NCBI GenBank assembly: GCA_965247635.1
Contig: CBDFHJ010000010.1
Location: 773,918 to 837,917 of the forward strand
Origin: Dehalococcoidia bacterium
GTDB lineage: Bacteria > Chloroflexota > Dehalococcoidia > Lucifugimonadales > Australimonadaceae
DNA: 64,000 nucleotides
Direction of reading: 5' to 3'
This document shows positions 1 to 8,279 of the stretch, in pieces (position 1 is the first letter of the stretch; every line of letters begins with the position of its first letter). The notes below the pieces were generated by a model, which did no database searches, was not told the DNA's origin, and saw only the letters and a program-made list of their open reading frames with translations. Position numbers and translations under genes: made by a program.

Positions 1-809
1 AGCTGGACGGCATCCAGGACAAGGTGAACGACGTCATCCGGCGGAACGTGCCGGCGGAGAAGCGCGAGACCACCTACCGGGACGCCATCGCGGGCGGCGC
101 GCTGGCCTTCTTCGGCGATCGCTACCCCGACCGGGTGCGCGTGCTGGAGGTAGGCGAGTTCAGCTACGAGGTGTGCGGCGGTACGCACGTGGACCGGAGC
201 GGCGACATCGGTACGTTTCGCATTACCGGCGAGAGCGGCATCGGCACCGGGTTGCGGCGGATCGAGGCGGTGACCGGCCGCGGCGCCGACGCTTGGGTGA
301 GCCAACGCCTGTCGTGGCTGGAAGACCTATCCCGGCAGCTCCGCGCCGCGCCGTCGGAAGCGCCTCAACGCATCGCCGCGTTGGTGGAGGAAGTGGAGCG
401 CGCTCGCAGAGCGGCTGCCACATCCCAGCGCGATGCCTCGCTGCAGCAGGCCGAGGGCTTACTGGGACAGGCCCAAACGGTGGATGGCGTGTCCGTGGTG
501 GCGGCGCAGGTCTCGGCGCCAGACGTTGAATCGTTGCGAGAGATGGGCGACTGGCTCCGAGACAAGCTGGGCAGCGGCATCGTGGTCCTGGGGGGCGTCT
601 TCGACGACCGACCGTCGCTGGTGGCCATGGTCACGCCTGACCTGGTCGCCAAGGGGTACAAGGCGGGCGATATCGTCAAGGCGGCCGCCCAGCGAATGGG
701 TGGTGGCGGCGGCGGGCGGGCGGACGTGGCGCAGGCTGGCGGCAGGGACCCGGGACAGCTCCAGGTTGCTTTGGACACCGCCGTGGAGTCCATACGGCGG
801 CCCGAATAA
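1..809 (+). CDS. alaS: alanyl-tRNA synthetase, C-terminal part (5' end lies outside the window)
   Basis: The frame is open from the window edge (codons phased from nt 3). It carries FSYEVCGGTHV..GDIGTFRI..ESGIGTGLRRIEAVTG and a C-terminal GGGGGGRADVAQAGG tail, both typical of AlaRS. Stop is TAA at 807-809. Confidence 0.85.
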   Translation, partial: LDGIQDKVNDVIRRNVPAEKRETTYRDAIAGGALAFFGDRYPDRVRVLEVGEFSYEVCGGTHVDRSGDIGTFRITGESGIGTGLRRIEAVTGRGADAWVSQRLSWLEDLSRQLRAAPSEAPQRIAALVEEVERARRAAATSQRDASLQQAEGLLGQAQTVDGVSVVAAQVSAPDVESLREMGDWLRDKLGSGIVVLGGVFDDRPSLVAMVTPDLVAKGYKAGDIVKAAAQRMGGGGGGRADVAQAGGRDPGQLQVALDTAVESIRRPE

Positions 810-842
810 CCCCATCCCCGACCCCATCAAGGAGGACAGACG

Positions 843-1289
843 CTGCGTGCCCTGGGGCTGGACGTAGGAGAGAAGCGTATCGGGCTGGCGGTCGGCGACA
901 CCGAGACCACCCTTGCCGTACCGGTGGACGCCGTGGTGCGTGACGGCACGGCCCAGGACTTCCGAAGGGTCCTGGACCAGGCCCTGGCGCACGACGCGGA
1001 CACGCTGGTGGTCGGTATGCCCTGGTCGCTCGACGGGCGCGCTGGACCCCAGGCCAAGCTCGTCGCGGCCTTCGTGAAGCAGCTGAAGGAGCTTACCGAG
1101 CTACCCGTGGCGACCTGGGATGAACGGCTGACTTCCGTCGAGGCGGACCGCCGCCTGCGCGGTGGCCGGAGCAGAGGCCGGGGCAAGGACACCAAGCCGC
1201 CCGCCGGGGCCCAGGACGCCGTGGCAGCTTCGATCATGCTCCAGGCGTACCTGGACGCCCAGCGCCGGCGACGAGATTCTGGTACTTAG
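843..1289 (+). CDS. ruvX: YqgF/RuvX-type putative Holliday junction resolvase / pre-16S rRNA nuclease
   Basis: The conserved N-terminus LGLDVGEKRIGLAVGD is encoded at 852-899, upstream of the first ATG/GTG (the track ORF starts at 924). AAGGAGG at 829-835 sits 7 nt before CTG at 843. There is no ATG/GTG/TTG between the alaS stop and the conserved motif, so the start is non-canonical or uncertain. Confidence 0.75.
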   Translation: MRALGLDVGEKRIGLAVGDTETTLAVPVDAVVRDGTAQDFRRVLDQALAHDADTLVVGMPWSLDGRAGPQAKLVAAFVKQLKELTELPVATWDERLTSVEADRRLRGGRSRGRGKDTKPPAGAQDAVAASIMLQAYLDAQRRRRDSGT

Positions 1290-1299
1290 CAAAAGGCAG

Positions 1300-1676
1300 A
1301 TGGCGGAGACCAAGACTGCATAAGGCACTAGCCACACGCTCGTCCTGGGCTGCGTGGTGGTCCCCTCCCTCTAGCTCCCTCCCCTTGCGGGAGGGAGGAT
1401 GCTCCCCTCTCCCTCGACGGGAGAGGGCCAGGGTGAGGGTGGGATCCGCTCGTGGTGAGCCTGTCGAAGGACAAGTGTGGCAATATTCGTAGCGCCTGTC
1501 ATTCCGAGTCCTTCCGGGGGAGGACGAGGAATCTGGTACCAGACCCTTCACTCCGCTCAGGCTGACAGAAGGGAGCTTGTTCTGAGCATGGGCAACCATG
1601 AGCGAGCTAGCAGGGAGTTCGACCTGTAGCCGAAAGGTGACCCAGGCAACATCCTCCTCTATGATGGTCTTGAGGG
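1300..1676. repeat. intergenic stack of dispersed hairpin repeats
   Basis: Contains CCCTCCCTC../GGGAGGGAGG and CCCTCTCCCTCGACGGGAGAGGG palindromes, a GAGCCTGTCGAAGGAC core, and a GTCATTCCGAG..GAGGAATCTGGTACCAGACCC..CACT..TGACAG unit. The last unit recurs at 5511-5655. Confidence 0.7.
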
Positions 1677-2558
1677 GTGATCTTGGATATCTCTTCCCGT
1701 TGGTATAAAGCCGCAGGCGCGTCGCTGGTGGCCGCTGCCGTCACCGCGCGGTACGTGGCCAAGTGGAAGCGTGCGCGGGCCCTGCGCCGCAGAGCCGAGC
1801 AGGCGCGGTTGGCTGGGACGGGCCGCTACTTTATCGGCCTGGACCTCACCGACCCGTACGCCAAGCGTCTGCGGCCCTGTGACGTGGCGGTGCTGGACTC
1901 GGAGTTGCAGTGCTCCTTCTCACAATGGGAGTACAGAGAGGACGGAGGTAGCATCGTTCCAACCGCGGCGCTGGGGCGCGCGTTCCTGCTGGCTATCGAC
2001 GGCCCCCAGGGCCTGGCGGGCCAAACGGATGCGCGGATGCGCGACTCGGAGCGGGTGCTCAACGCGCCGGGCCGGACGCCCTACACCTTGCCCGATAGCG
2101 GCGTGCCTTACGCCGGCTTCATCACAGGGAGCGTTAGGCTGTTCCACCACCTGGTAACCAGCGGCAGCCGCTTCCGGCTCCTTGGAGTGCAGGACGTATC
2201 GGTGGGCGAGGCAAACCTGGTAGAGGTCTACCCTGGCGCCGGCTGGAAGACCATAGCCGGAAAAGGCCGTCTGCCCCGGAAGCAGACGGCGAAGGGCCGA
2301 GAGGTCCGCCATGCCCTGCTCCAGGCCCAGGGTGTCCGCTTCCCCGATTCGGAGCTGCCCACTACCGATCAGCTCGACGCAGCCATGGCGGCGTGGACGG
2401 GGTACTGCTTCAACCAGGGTAACGCCCGCTTGGAGGGCTTGCCCCCGTGGGTGGACGACCGGGATGGGGTTATTCGGGAAGGGTACATCGTTCAGCCTGA
2501 GCTGCCCAACGAAGACGCTCCCACGGAGGAGCCAGAGCCGTACGCCCCCACGGGCTAG
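1677..2558 (+). CDS. hypothetical protein, possibly DUF429-like (RNase H-fold)
   Basis: 293-aa ORF with coding-like codon usage. The motifs FIGLDLTD, LLAIDGPQGL, EVYPGAGWK and QLDAAMAAWTG resemble the DUF429 pattern. The GTG start is uncertain; an alternative TTG lies near 1809. Confidence 0.4.
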   Translation: MILDISSRWYKAAGASLVAAAVTARYVAKWKRARALRRRAEQARLAGTGRYFIGLDLTDPYAKRLRPCDVAVLDSELQCSFSQWEYREDGGSIVPTAALGRAFLLAIDGPQGLAGQTDARMRDSERVLNAPGRTPYTLPDSGVPYAGFITGSVRLFHHLVTSGSRFRLLGVQDVSVGEANLVEVYPGAGWKTIAGKGRLPRKQTAKGREVRHALLQAQGVRFPDSELPTTDQLDAAMAAWTGYCFNQGNARLEGLPPWVDDRDGVIREGYIVQPELPNEDAPTEEPEPYAPTG

Positions 2559-2566
2559 CGCACATC

Positions 2567-3421
2567 ATGACTTACCGCGTCGGGATCATCGGCTACCCGC
2601 TACAGCACTCCATCTCCCCCGCCTTCCAGCAAGCGGCCTTTCTTCATCGCAACGTCGACGCCGTCTACGAAGCGTGGGAGACCCCGGCCGAGTCGCTGAA
2701 GGGGCTCCTGGCATGGCTTCGTGAAACGCCGGAGGTGTGGGGCGCCAACGTCACGGTGCCGCACAAAGAGGCCGTCTTTGAGGCCGTCGACCAGCTAGAC
2801 CCAACCGCCGCAGCGGTGGGCGCCGTCAACACCGTGGTGGCGCGCGATGGACGGCTTACCGGATACAACACGGATGTAGGCGGCTTCCTTCGAGTCCTGA
2901 CCCACGATGCGCGGTTCGACCTTGCGGCGGCACGAGTGCTGCTGCTGGGCGCTGGAGGCGCTGCGCGGGCGGTGGTGATAGCCCTGGCCCGAGCCGGCGC
3001 GGCCCACGTGACCGTCGCGAACCGCACCTTGGCGCGGGCCGAAACCCTGGCGGGGCTGGCCAGCTCCCACGGACTGTCGGCCCAGAGTATTCCGCTGGAC
3101 GGCCAAGCCCTGCGGGAGACGGGTGCAACGTGGGACCTTATCGTGAATACGACCAGTATCGGGATGCGGCACTCGGCCGCCGAGAACGAAAGTCCCATGG
3201 CCGCGTCGCTCATCCCCAACGGCGCCCTGGTGTACGACTTGGTGTACAATCCACCTATCACGCCGTTGCTGGAAGCGGCCTTGGCCGCGGGCGCCAGGAC
3301 CCTTTCCGGACTCTCCATGCTGGTATACCAGGGGGCCGAGTCCTTCACCCTCTGGACTGGGATGGAAGCGCCGGTGGAGGAGATGATGACGGCGGCCCGC
3401 CAGGCGTTGGAAGCCGCTTGA
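2567..3421 (+). CDS. aroE: shikimate 5-dehydrogenase
   Basis: Carries GYPLQHSISPAFQ, NVTVPHKEAV, GAVNTV, GYNTDVGGF, LLGAGGAARAV, NTTSIGM and YDLVYNP. Confidence 0.9.
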   Translation: MTYRVGIIGYPLQHSISPAFQQAAFLHRNVDAVYEAWETPAESLKGLLAWLRETPEVWGANVTVPHKEAVFEAVDQLDPTAAAVGAVNTVVARDGRLTGYNTDVGGFLRVLTHDARFDLAAARVLLLGAGGAARAVVIALARAGAAHVTVANRTLARAETLAGLASSHGLSAQSIPLDGQALRETGATWDLIVNTTSIGMRHSAAENESPMAASLIPNGALVYDLVYNPPITPLLEAALAAGARTLSGLSMLVYQGAESFTLWTGMEAPVEEMMTAARQALEAA

Positions 3422-3459
3422 TTTGCTTGGGGAGTAAGTACACTACTTTCTGTTGACCT

Positions 3460-3600
3460 AGGGCCAGAACAAAAGGAGGGTACAGGGAACCCTGGTTCTC
3501 TGTCGGGGGTTTAAGAGCCTGTCCCGAGCGAAGTCGAGGGAGGGTGCCCCCCTTGCTAAAAACCATCCGTGGGTGAAGTGCGTGAGAGAAACGGCGGTGT
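3460..3600. repeat. dispersed hairpin repeat copy or copies
   Basis: The GAGCCTGTCCCGAGCGAAGTCGAGGGAGGG core is related to the copy at 33385-33420 (GGCCTGTCCTGAGCGAAGTCGAAGGGCTC). Confidence 0.5.
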
Positions 3601-3677
3601 CTGAAAAATGACTGCCAGAGCTTCCACTATCTGGGAACATTGAATAAGCTCTGAAAGGCTTTTGGGAGGAGTAGCCC

Positions 3678-4916
3678 ATGTTCCGGTTCCTGACAGCCGG
3701 CGAGTCCCACGGCCCTGGCCTGGTGGCCGTGGTGGAAGGGGTGCCGGCGGGCGTCCCGCTCTCCGAGGAGTACATCGGCCGCGACATGCAGCGCCGCCAG
3801 CGCGGCTACGGCCGCGGCGGCCGCATGCAGATCGAGCGCGATTGGGCCGTCATCCGCTCCGGGATACGCCACGGCCGCACCTTGGGCAGCCCCATCTCCA
3901 TGCTCATCGAAAACCGCGACTTCACCACCGGCAACGGGCCCGACGGTAAGCCGTGGACCCACACCATGAGCATGACGCCGGTGGAGGACGAGGTAACGCC
4001 GATCCACCGGCTGCGGCCCGGCCACGCCGACACGCCCGGCATCAGCAAGTACATGCAGGACGACGCCCGCGACACCCTGGAGCGCTCCAGCGCCCGGGAG
4101 AGCGCGGCACGCGTGGCCGTCGGCGCGGTGGCCAAGCGCTTCCTGGAGGAGCTGGGCGTGGAGGTCCACGGCCACGTGACCAACATCGGCGGTGTGCACG
4201 CCAGCCCGCCGGAGGCCATCGACTGGGAGCAGGTGGAGGAGTCGCAGGTACGCTGCGCCGACCCATCGGCTGACCAGGCCATGATGGAGGCCATCGACGC
4301 CGCCCGCGAGGCCGGCGATAGCCTGGGTGGCGTGTTCCAGGTCGTCGCCACGGGCCAGCCTATCGGCCTCGGCAGCCACATCCAGTGGGACCGCAAGCTC
4401 GGCACCCGGCTGGCCGCGGCGGTCATGAGCATGAACGCGGTCAAGGGCGTGGAGTTCGGCGCGGGCTTCGCGCAGGCCGACCTGCGTGGCTCCCAGGTCC
4501 ACGACGTCATCAAGCCCATCGAAGAGTGGGAGACGGACCCCGACGGCACGTGGGTGCGGCCCTGGCCCCGGCGGACCAACAACTCCGGCGGCCTGGAGGG
4601 CGGTATGACCACCGGCGAACCCCTGGTGGTTCGCGCCATGGTCAAGCCCATCGCTACCATCATCAACCCGCTGCCCTCGGTCGATCTGACCACTGGCGAG
4701 CTCTCCCAGGCCCACTACGAGCGCAGTGACATCACCTTCGTTCCCACTTGCGCCGTCATCGGCGAGGCCATGGTGGCCATCGTGTTGGCCGACGCCATGC
4801 TGGAGAAGTTCGGCGGCGACCACATCGACGAGACCCGTCGCAACCTCACGGCATACCTCGCAACCGTCGGGCCCAAACAGCGAGCCGCCAAGGCTTCTGC
4901 TCGCCCCGCACGATAA
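3678..4916 (+). CDS. aroC: chorismate synthase
   Basis: Starts MFRFLTAGESHGPGL and carries RRQRGYGRGGRM and NNSGGLEGGMTTGEP. GGAGGAG lies 8 nt upstream of the ATG. Confidence 0.95.
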   Translation: MFRFLTAGESHGPGLVAVVEGVPAGVPLSEEYIGRDMQRRQRGYGRGGRMQIERDWAVIRSGIRHGRTLGSPISMLIENRDFTTGNGPDGKPWTHTMSMTPVEDEVTPIHRLRPGHADTPGISKYMQDDARDTLERSSARESAARVAVGAVAKRFLEELGVEVHGHVTNIGGVHASPPEAIDWEQVEESQVRCADPSADQAMMEAIDAAREAGDSLGGVFQVVATGQPIGLGSHIQWDRKLGTRLAAAVMSMNAVKGVEFGAGFAQADLRGSQVHDVIKPIEEWETDPDGTWVRPWPRRTNNSGGLEGGMTTGEPLVVRAMVKPIATIINPLPSVDLTTGELSQAHYERSDITFVPTCAVIGEAMVAIVLADAMLEKFGGDHIDETRRNLTAYLATVGPKQRAAKASARPAR

Positions 4917-4937
4917 CGCGAGCGCGAGCCGAAGTCG

Positions 4938-5501
4938 TTGGCCATGAACGCTTGGCGCCGCATCCATATCATCGGAGGCCCGGCCAGTGGCAAGACCACC
5001 CTTGCTGAAAGGCTAAGCCCTCTGTTACGGCTGCCCATCTATAGCCTGGAAGCCATCGCCCTCGACGATGGCTTCATGACCGTGAGAGATTTAGGCGGGC
5101 GGCTTGAGGGCGTAAACGATATTGTTGGAAAGCCATCCTGGATTACCGAGGGCCTGTACTTGGGATGGACGGAAGCGCTGCTGCGTGCGGCTCATGTGAT
5201 TGTGTGGCTTGATGTAAGGTGGCGTACCGCCGCATGGCGGATCCTATCGCGCCACGTCCGCCGCAGCCTGGCCCGTGCCAACTGGCCCGCAGGTTCGGGC
5301 CTCAGAAATTTTTCGCATCACTTCAGGTTTGCTAGGCGGTACTACCTGGGCCCCGACCGCGTGGGGTACGTCCCGAACGACGAAGACAAGATGGCTACCC
5401 GTGAAGATACGGAACAATTTCTCAAGCCATACATGCAAAAGGTCGTGCATTGCTCAAGCCGCAGGCAGATTGATGAATTCGTAGCATTGGCGGTGGGCTG
5501 A
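4938..5501 (+). CDS. small P-loop NTPase (adenylate-kinase / topology-modulation FlaR-like)
   Basis: Walker A is IIGGPASGKTTLAERL. It shares the ..VIVWLDV.W..A.WRIL.R.. pattern with the paralogue at 20542-21174. Confidence 0.55.
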   Translation: MAMNAWRRIHIIGGPASGKTTLAERLSPLLRLPIYSLEAIALDDGFMTVRDLGGRLEGVNDIVGKPSWITEGLYLGWTEALLRAAHVIVWLDVRWRTAAWRILSRHVRRSLARANWPAGSGLRNFSHHFRFARRYYLGPDRVGYVPNDEDKMATREDTEQFLKPYMQKVVHCSSRRQIDEFVALAVG

Positions 5502-5510
5502 CTTATACCC

Positions 5511-5655
5511 CCGTCATTCTGAGCCCTTCACTTTGTCATTCCGAAGGAGCGAAGCAACTGAGGAATCTCGTTCAGGGTAAAACTCCGCGAAGAATCCCGC
5601 CCTCTGTTCTCACGGTACCAGACCCCTCGTTTCACTCGAGGTGACAGCGGACTCC
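5511..5655. repeat. dispersed repeat (GTCATTC[CT]GAG..GAGGAATCT..GGTACCAGACCC family)
   Basis: Related to 1495-1570 in this window. Confidence 0.65.
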
Positions 5656-5728
5656 ACGCGAACGTTGCCCCTCCCATAGCCCAGTGGCCGAGCTTTTGCC
5701 ATTCCGGGGCCGCCGCAGGCGTGGCCCC

Positions 5729-7423
5729 ATGATGACGTACAATACCTCCATGGCTGACACCCCCTCGCGCATCATCCTCACCGGCTTCTCAGGCACCGGC
5801 AAGACCGCCGTAGGCCGGCGGGTGGCCCGTGCCCTGGGCTGGGCCTTCGCCGATACCGACGAGCTGATCGTCGGGCGGGCTGGTAAGCCAATCGAACGCA
5901 TCTTCGCCGAGGACGGTGAGGCCGCGTTCCGAGCCTTGGAGCACGAGGCGATCGCCGAAACGTGCCATGGCGGCGATGTGGTGGCCTCCACCGGTGGCGG
6001 CGCTATCCTCGACGACGAGAACCGCGCCCTCATGCTGGACGCCGGCCTGCTGGTGTGTCTGGACGCCCGCCCCGAGACCATCTACGCCCGTCTCTTGCGC
6101 GCCCCTGCCGAGGGCGGCGCCGAGGCCATGGTCCGGCCCCTGCTTACCGCGGCGGCGGGCCAGGACCCCCTGGAGCGTATCGAATCTTTGAAACGGGAAC
6201 GCCAGTGGGCCTACGCCCTGGCCCACTGGACCGTATCCACCGACAACCTCTCGGTGGAGCAGTGCGCCCAGGAGGTGCTGCGGGCCTGGCGGCGGATCGG
6301 CGCCGCGGCCCACGCCCACCGCGATCCTCAGGTGGCGGCCGTGGTCACCACGGAGTCAGCGTCCTATCCCATCGTCGTCGGCTGGGACATCTTGGAGGAC
6401 CAGCTTGGCCAGCGGCTGCTGGACATGGGCCTTCAGGGGCGGGCCTACATCGTCTGCGACAACGACGTGCTCTACCCCTACGGACGGCAGGCCCAACGGT
6501 CGCTCCACAAGGCGGGCTTCGAGGTGCACCTGGTCACGTTTCCGCCGGGTGAGGTCAGCAAGACCCTGGCTACCTGCACCACCATCTACGAGTGGCTGGC
6601 CGAGCGCCGGGTGGAGCGAGGCGACGCCATCGTCGCCGTGGGCGGCGGCGTATGCGGCGATATGGCTGGGTTCGTCGCGGCCACCTACGCCCGAGGGGTG
6701 CGGCTGGTTCAGGTGCCGACGACGTTGTTGGCTATGGTGGACGCCAGCATCGGCGGCAAGGTGGCGGTGGACCTGCCCGCCGCCAAGAACATGGTGGGCG
6801 CCTTCTACCACCCGTCGTTGGTGCTGACCGACGTCGCGGCGCTGACCACGCTGCCGGAGCGTGTGCTACGCGAGGGGTGGGCCGAAGCCCTGAAGCACGG
6901 CCTGGCCCTGGACGCGGACCTGGTAGAGATCTACGAGTCGCAGGCGGACGCTTTGCTGGGCTTGGACCCGGAGTTGGTCACGGAGACCATTGCGCGCAAT
7001 GCCGCCATCAAGGCGCGGGTCGTGACCGAAGACGAGAAGGAGACCAGCGGCCTACGTTCGTTGCTCAACTACGGCCATACCATCGGCCACGGCATCGAAG
7101 CCGCCGGTGGCTACAGCCGCTACCTGCACGGCGAAGCGGTGGCCGTTGGCATGACCGGCGCGGCCATGCTGGGCCAGCGCGTAGGTGTCACGCCGGAGGC
7201 GACGGTGCGCCGCCAGGGCGAGCTGCTACGCCGCTTCGGCCTGCCGGACCGGGTTACCGGAGTGGAGATAGACGCGGTGTTGGAGGCCATGACCCACGAC
7301 AAGAAGGCCAGCGCCGGCGATATCTCGTGGGTGCTGTTGGAGGACGTGGGCAGGGCAGGGCTGCACCGGGGCATGCCCGCCGAGCAGGTGGAGCAGGTGG
7401 TGGCGGAGCTTTCGACGCCTTAG
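5729..7423 (+). CDS. aroKB: bifunctional shikimate kinase / 3-dehydroquinate synthase (AroK-AroB fusion)
   Basis: The N-terminus has IILTGFSGTGKTAVGRRVA..FADTDELI (AroK). The C-terminal part has GGGVCGDMAGFVAATYARGVRLVQVPTTLLAMVDASIGGKVAVD and NYGHTIGHGIE (AroB). The start is ATG 5729 or 5750; the track start at 5684 lies in repeat DNA. Confidence 0.9.
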   Translation: MMTYNTSMADTPSRIILTGFSGTGKTAVGRRVARALGWAFADTDELIVGRAGKPIERIFAEDGEAAFRALEHEAIAETCHGGDVVASTGGGAILDDENRALMLDAGLLVCLDARPETIYARLLRAPAEGGAEAMVRPLLTAAAGQDPLERIESLKRERQWAYALAHWTVSTDNLSVEQCAQEVLRAWRRIGAAAHAHRDPQVAAVVTTESASYPIVVGWDILEDQLGQRLLDMGLQGRAYIVCDNDVLYPYGRQAQRSLHKAGFEVHLVTFPPGEVSKTLATCTTIYEWLAERRVERGDAIVAVGGGVCGDMAGFVAATYARGVRLVQVPTTLLAMVDASIGGKVAVDLPAAKNMVGAFYHPSLVLTDVAALTTLPERVLREGWAEALKHGLALDADLVEIYESQADALLGLDPELVTETIARNAAIKARVVTEDEKETSGLRSLLNYGHTIGHGIEAAGGYSRYLHGEAVAVGMTGAAMLGQRVGVTPEATVRRQGELLRRFGLPDRVTGVEIDAVLEAMTHDKKASAGDISWVLLEDVGRAGLHRGMPAEQVEQVVAELSTP

Positions 7424-7570
7424 CCACGGGCTGCCACCAGGCTGTTATTCTGAGTCCACCTCAAGCAAATCACAGCTCAGGGCTAGCGCTTATGTTGTTT
7501 TTCCCGCCCGGCCCACCCCAGTACGCCGGCTTGGTGGACAAAGCGTCTCGGCGTGGGCTTTAGCGAGCTA

Positions 7571-7690
7571 CGTTGACTCACAGCGATAGGGACACCGCTT
7601 ATGGGTCCAGGGGAAACCCTGTCGGCGTGGGCTTCACGACGCTAGGTCGTAATCGGCCATTGGGACACCGCACGTGGGTGCAGGGTCGCA
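7571..7690. repeat. dispersed repeat (CGATAGGGACACCGC.TATGGGTCCAGG family), two degenerate tandem units
   Basis: 7571-7610 matches the reverse complement of 35191-35230 at about 85 percent. A second, degenerate unit is GGGACACCGCACGTGGGTGCAGGG at 7662-7685. GGT.GTAATCGGCCATT at 7645-7661 also occurs at 14771-14787. Confidence 0.6.
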
Positions 7691-7968
7691 CCCTGCCCGC
7701 CGGCCACGGCGGGCACGATGCTGAGCTCGTCACCCGACTTCGTGGGCGTACCCAGGCCCTCCAGGAACCGGACGTCTTCGCCGTTCAGATAGACGTTCAC
7801 GAAGTAGCGCATCTCCCCGTTCTCGTCCAAGAGCCGCTCCTTGATGCCCGGGAAGCGGGCCTCTAGCTCGCCGATGCAGGCTTCCAAGGTGTCACCACCC
7901 ACGTCCACCTTCTCCTCTCCGTTGGTGACGCGCCTCAGGGGGCCGGGGATGCGGACCGTTACGCTCAT
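7642..7968 (-). CDS. MoaD/ThiS-family ubiquitin-like sulfur-carrier protein with a 17-aa extension after the Gly-Gly
   Basis: 91 aa with the beta-grasp pattern, ending ..GDELSIVPAVAGG. This is followed by QGATLHPRAVSQWPITT before the stop. It is co-oriented with the NIL and thrC-like genes. Confidence 0.7.
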   Translation of the reverse strand: MSVTVRIPGPLRRVTNGEEKVDVGGDTLEACIGELEARFPGIKERLLDENGEMRYFVNVYLNGEDVRFLEGLGTPTKSGDELSIVPAVAGGQGATLHPRAVSQWPITT

Positions 7969-8020
7969 GCTCTACTCCTTAGGTATGCTGTCCACGGCCT
8001 GAGAGGCCGCCCAGGCCCGG

Positions 8021-8257
8021 TTACCCTTCCACCACGTCGCCCAGCACCGGGTCGACCCGGACACCCAGCGAGCGGACCCACTCCAGCCCTCGATCGATCT
8101 CAGTCTCTTCACCTTCCAGCTCTAGGATGACCCACCCCACGTTCTCTTGCACGTCGGCCCGGCGGATGTTGGTCACCACGTTGTAGTCGTGGCCAAGCTG
8201 GTAGATGACCGGTTCCTTAATCAGCAGACCCGTGAAGGTGAAGCGAATGCGTTGCAT
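8021..8257 (-). CDS. stand-alone NIL-domain protein
   Basis: 78 aa. MQRIRFTFTG..PVIYQLGHDYNVVTNIRRADV..GWVILELEGE..EIDRGLEWVR..GV.V resembles the NIL domain at the C-terminus of MetN. Confidence 0.6.
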   Translation of the reverse strand: MQRIRFTFTGLLIKEPVIYQLGHDYNVVTNIRRADVQENVGWVILELEGEETEIDRGLEWVRSLGVRVDPVLGDVVEG

Positions 8258-8279
8258 GGCTACCTGCGCTCCGACTTTG

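Noticed and set aside
5684-5728. The upstream extensions of aroKB (5684), the FAD oxidase (21238), hemA (58576), hemC (57081), the DUF62 gene (31509), ahbAB (60281) and SOD (50739) given by the ORF track.
   Set aside because: The extensions run through repeat DNA or overlap the upstream gene. Internal ATG or GTG codons with Shine-Dalgarno sequences coincide with the conserved protein N-termini.
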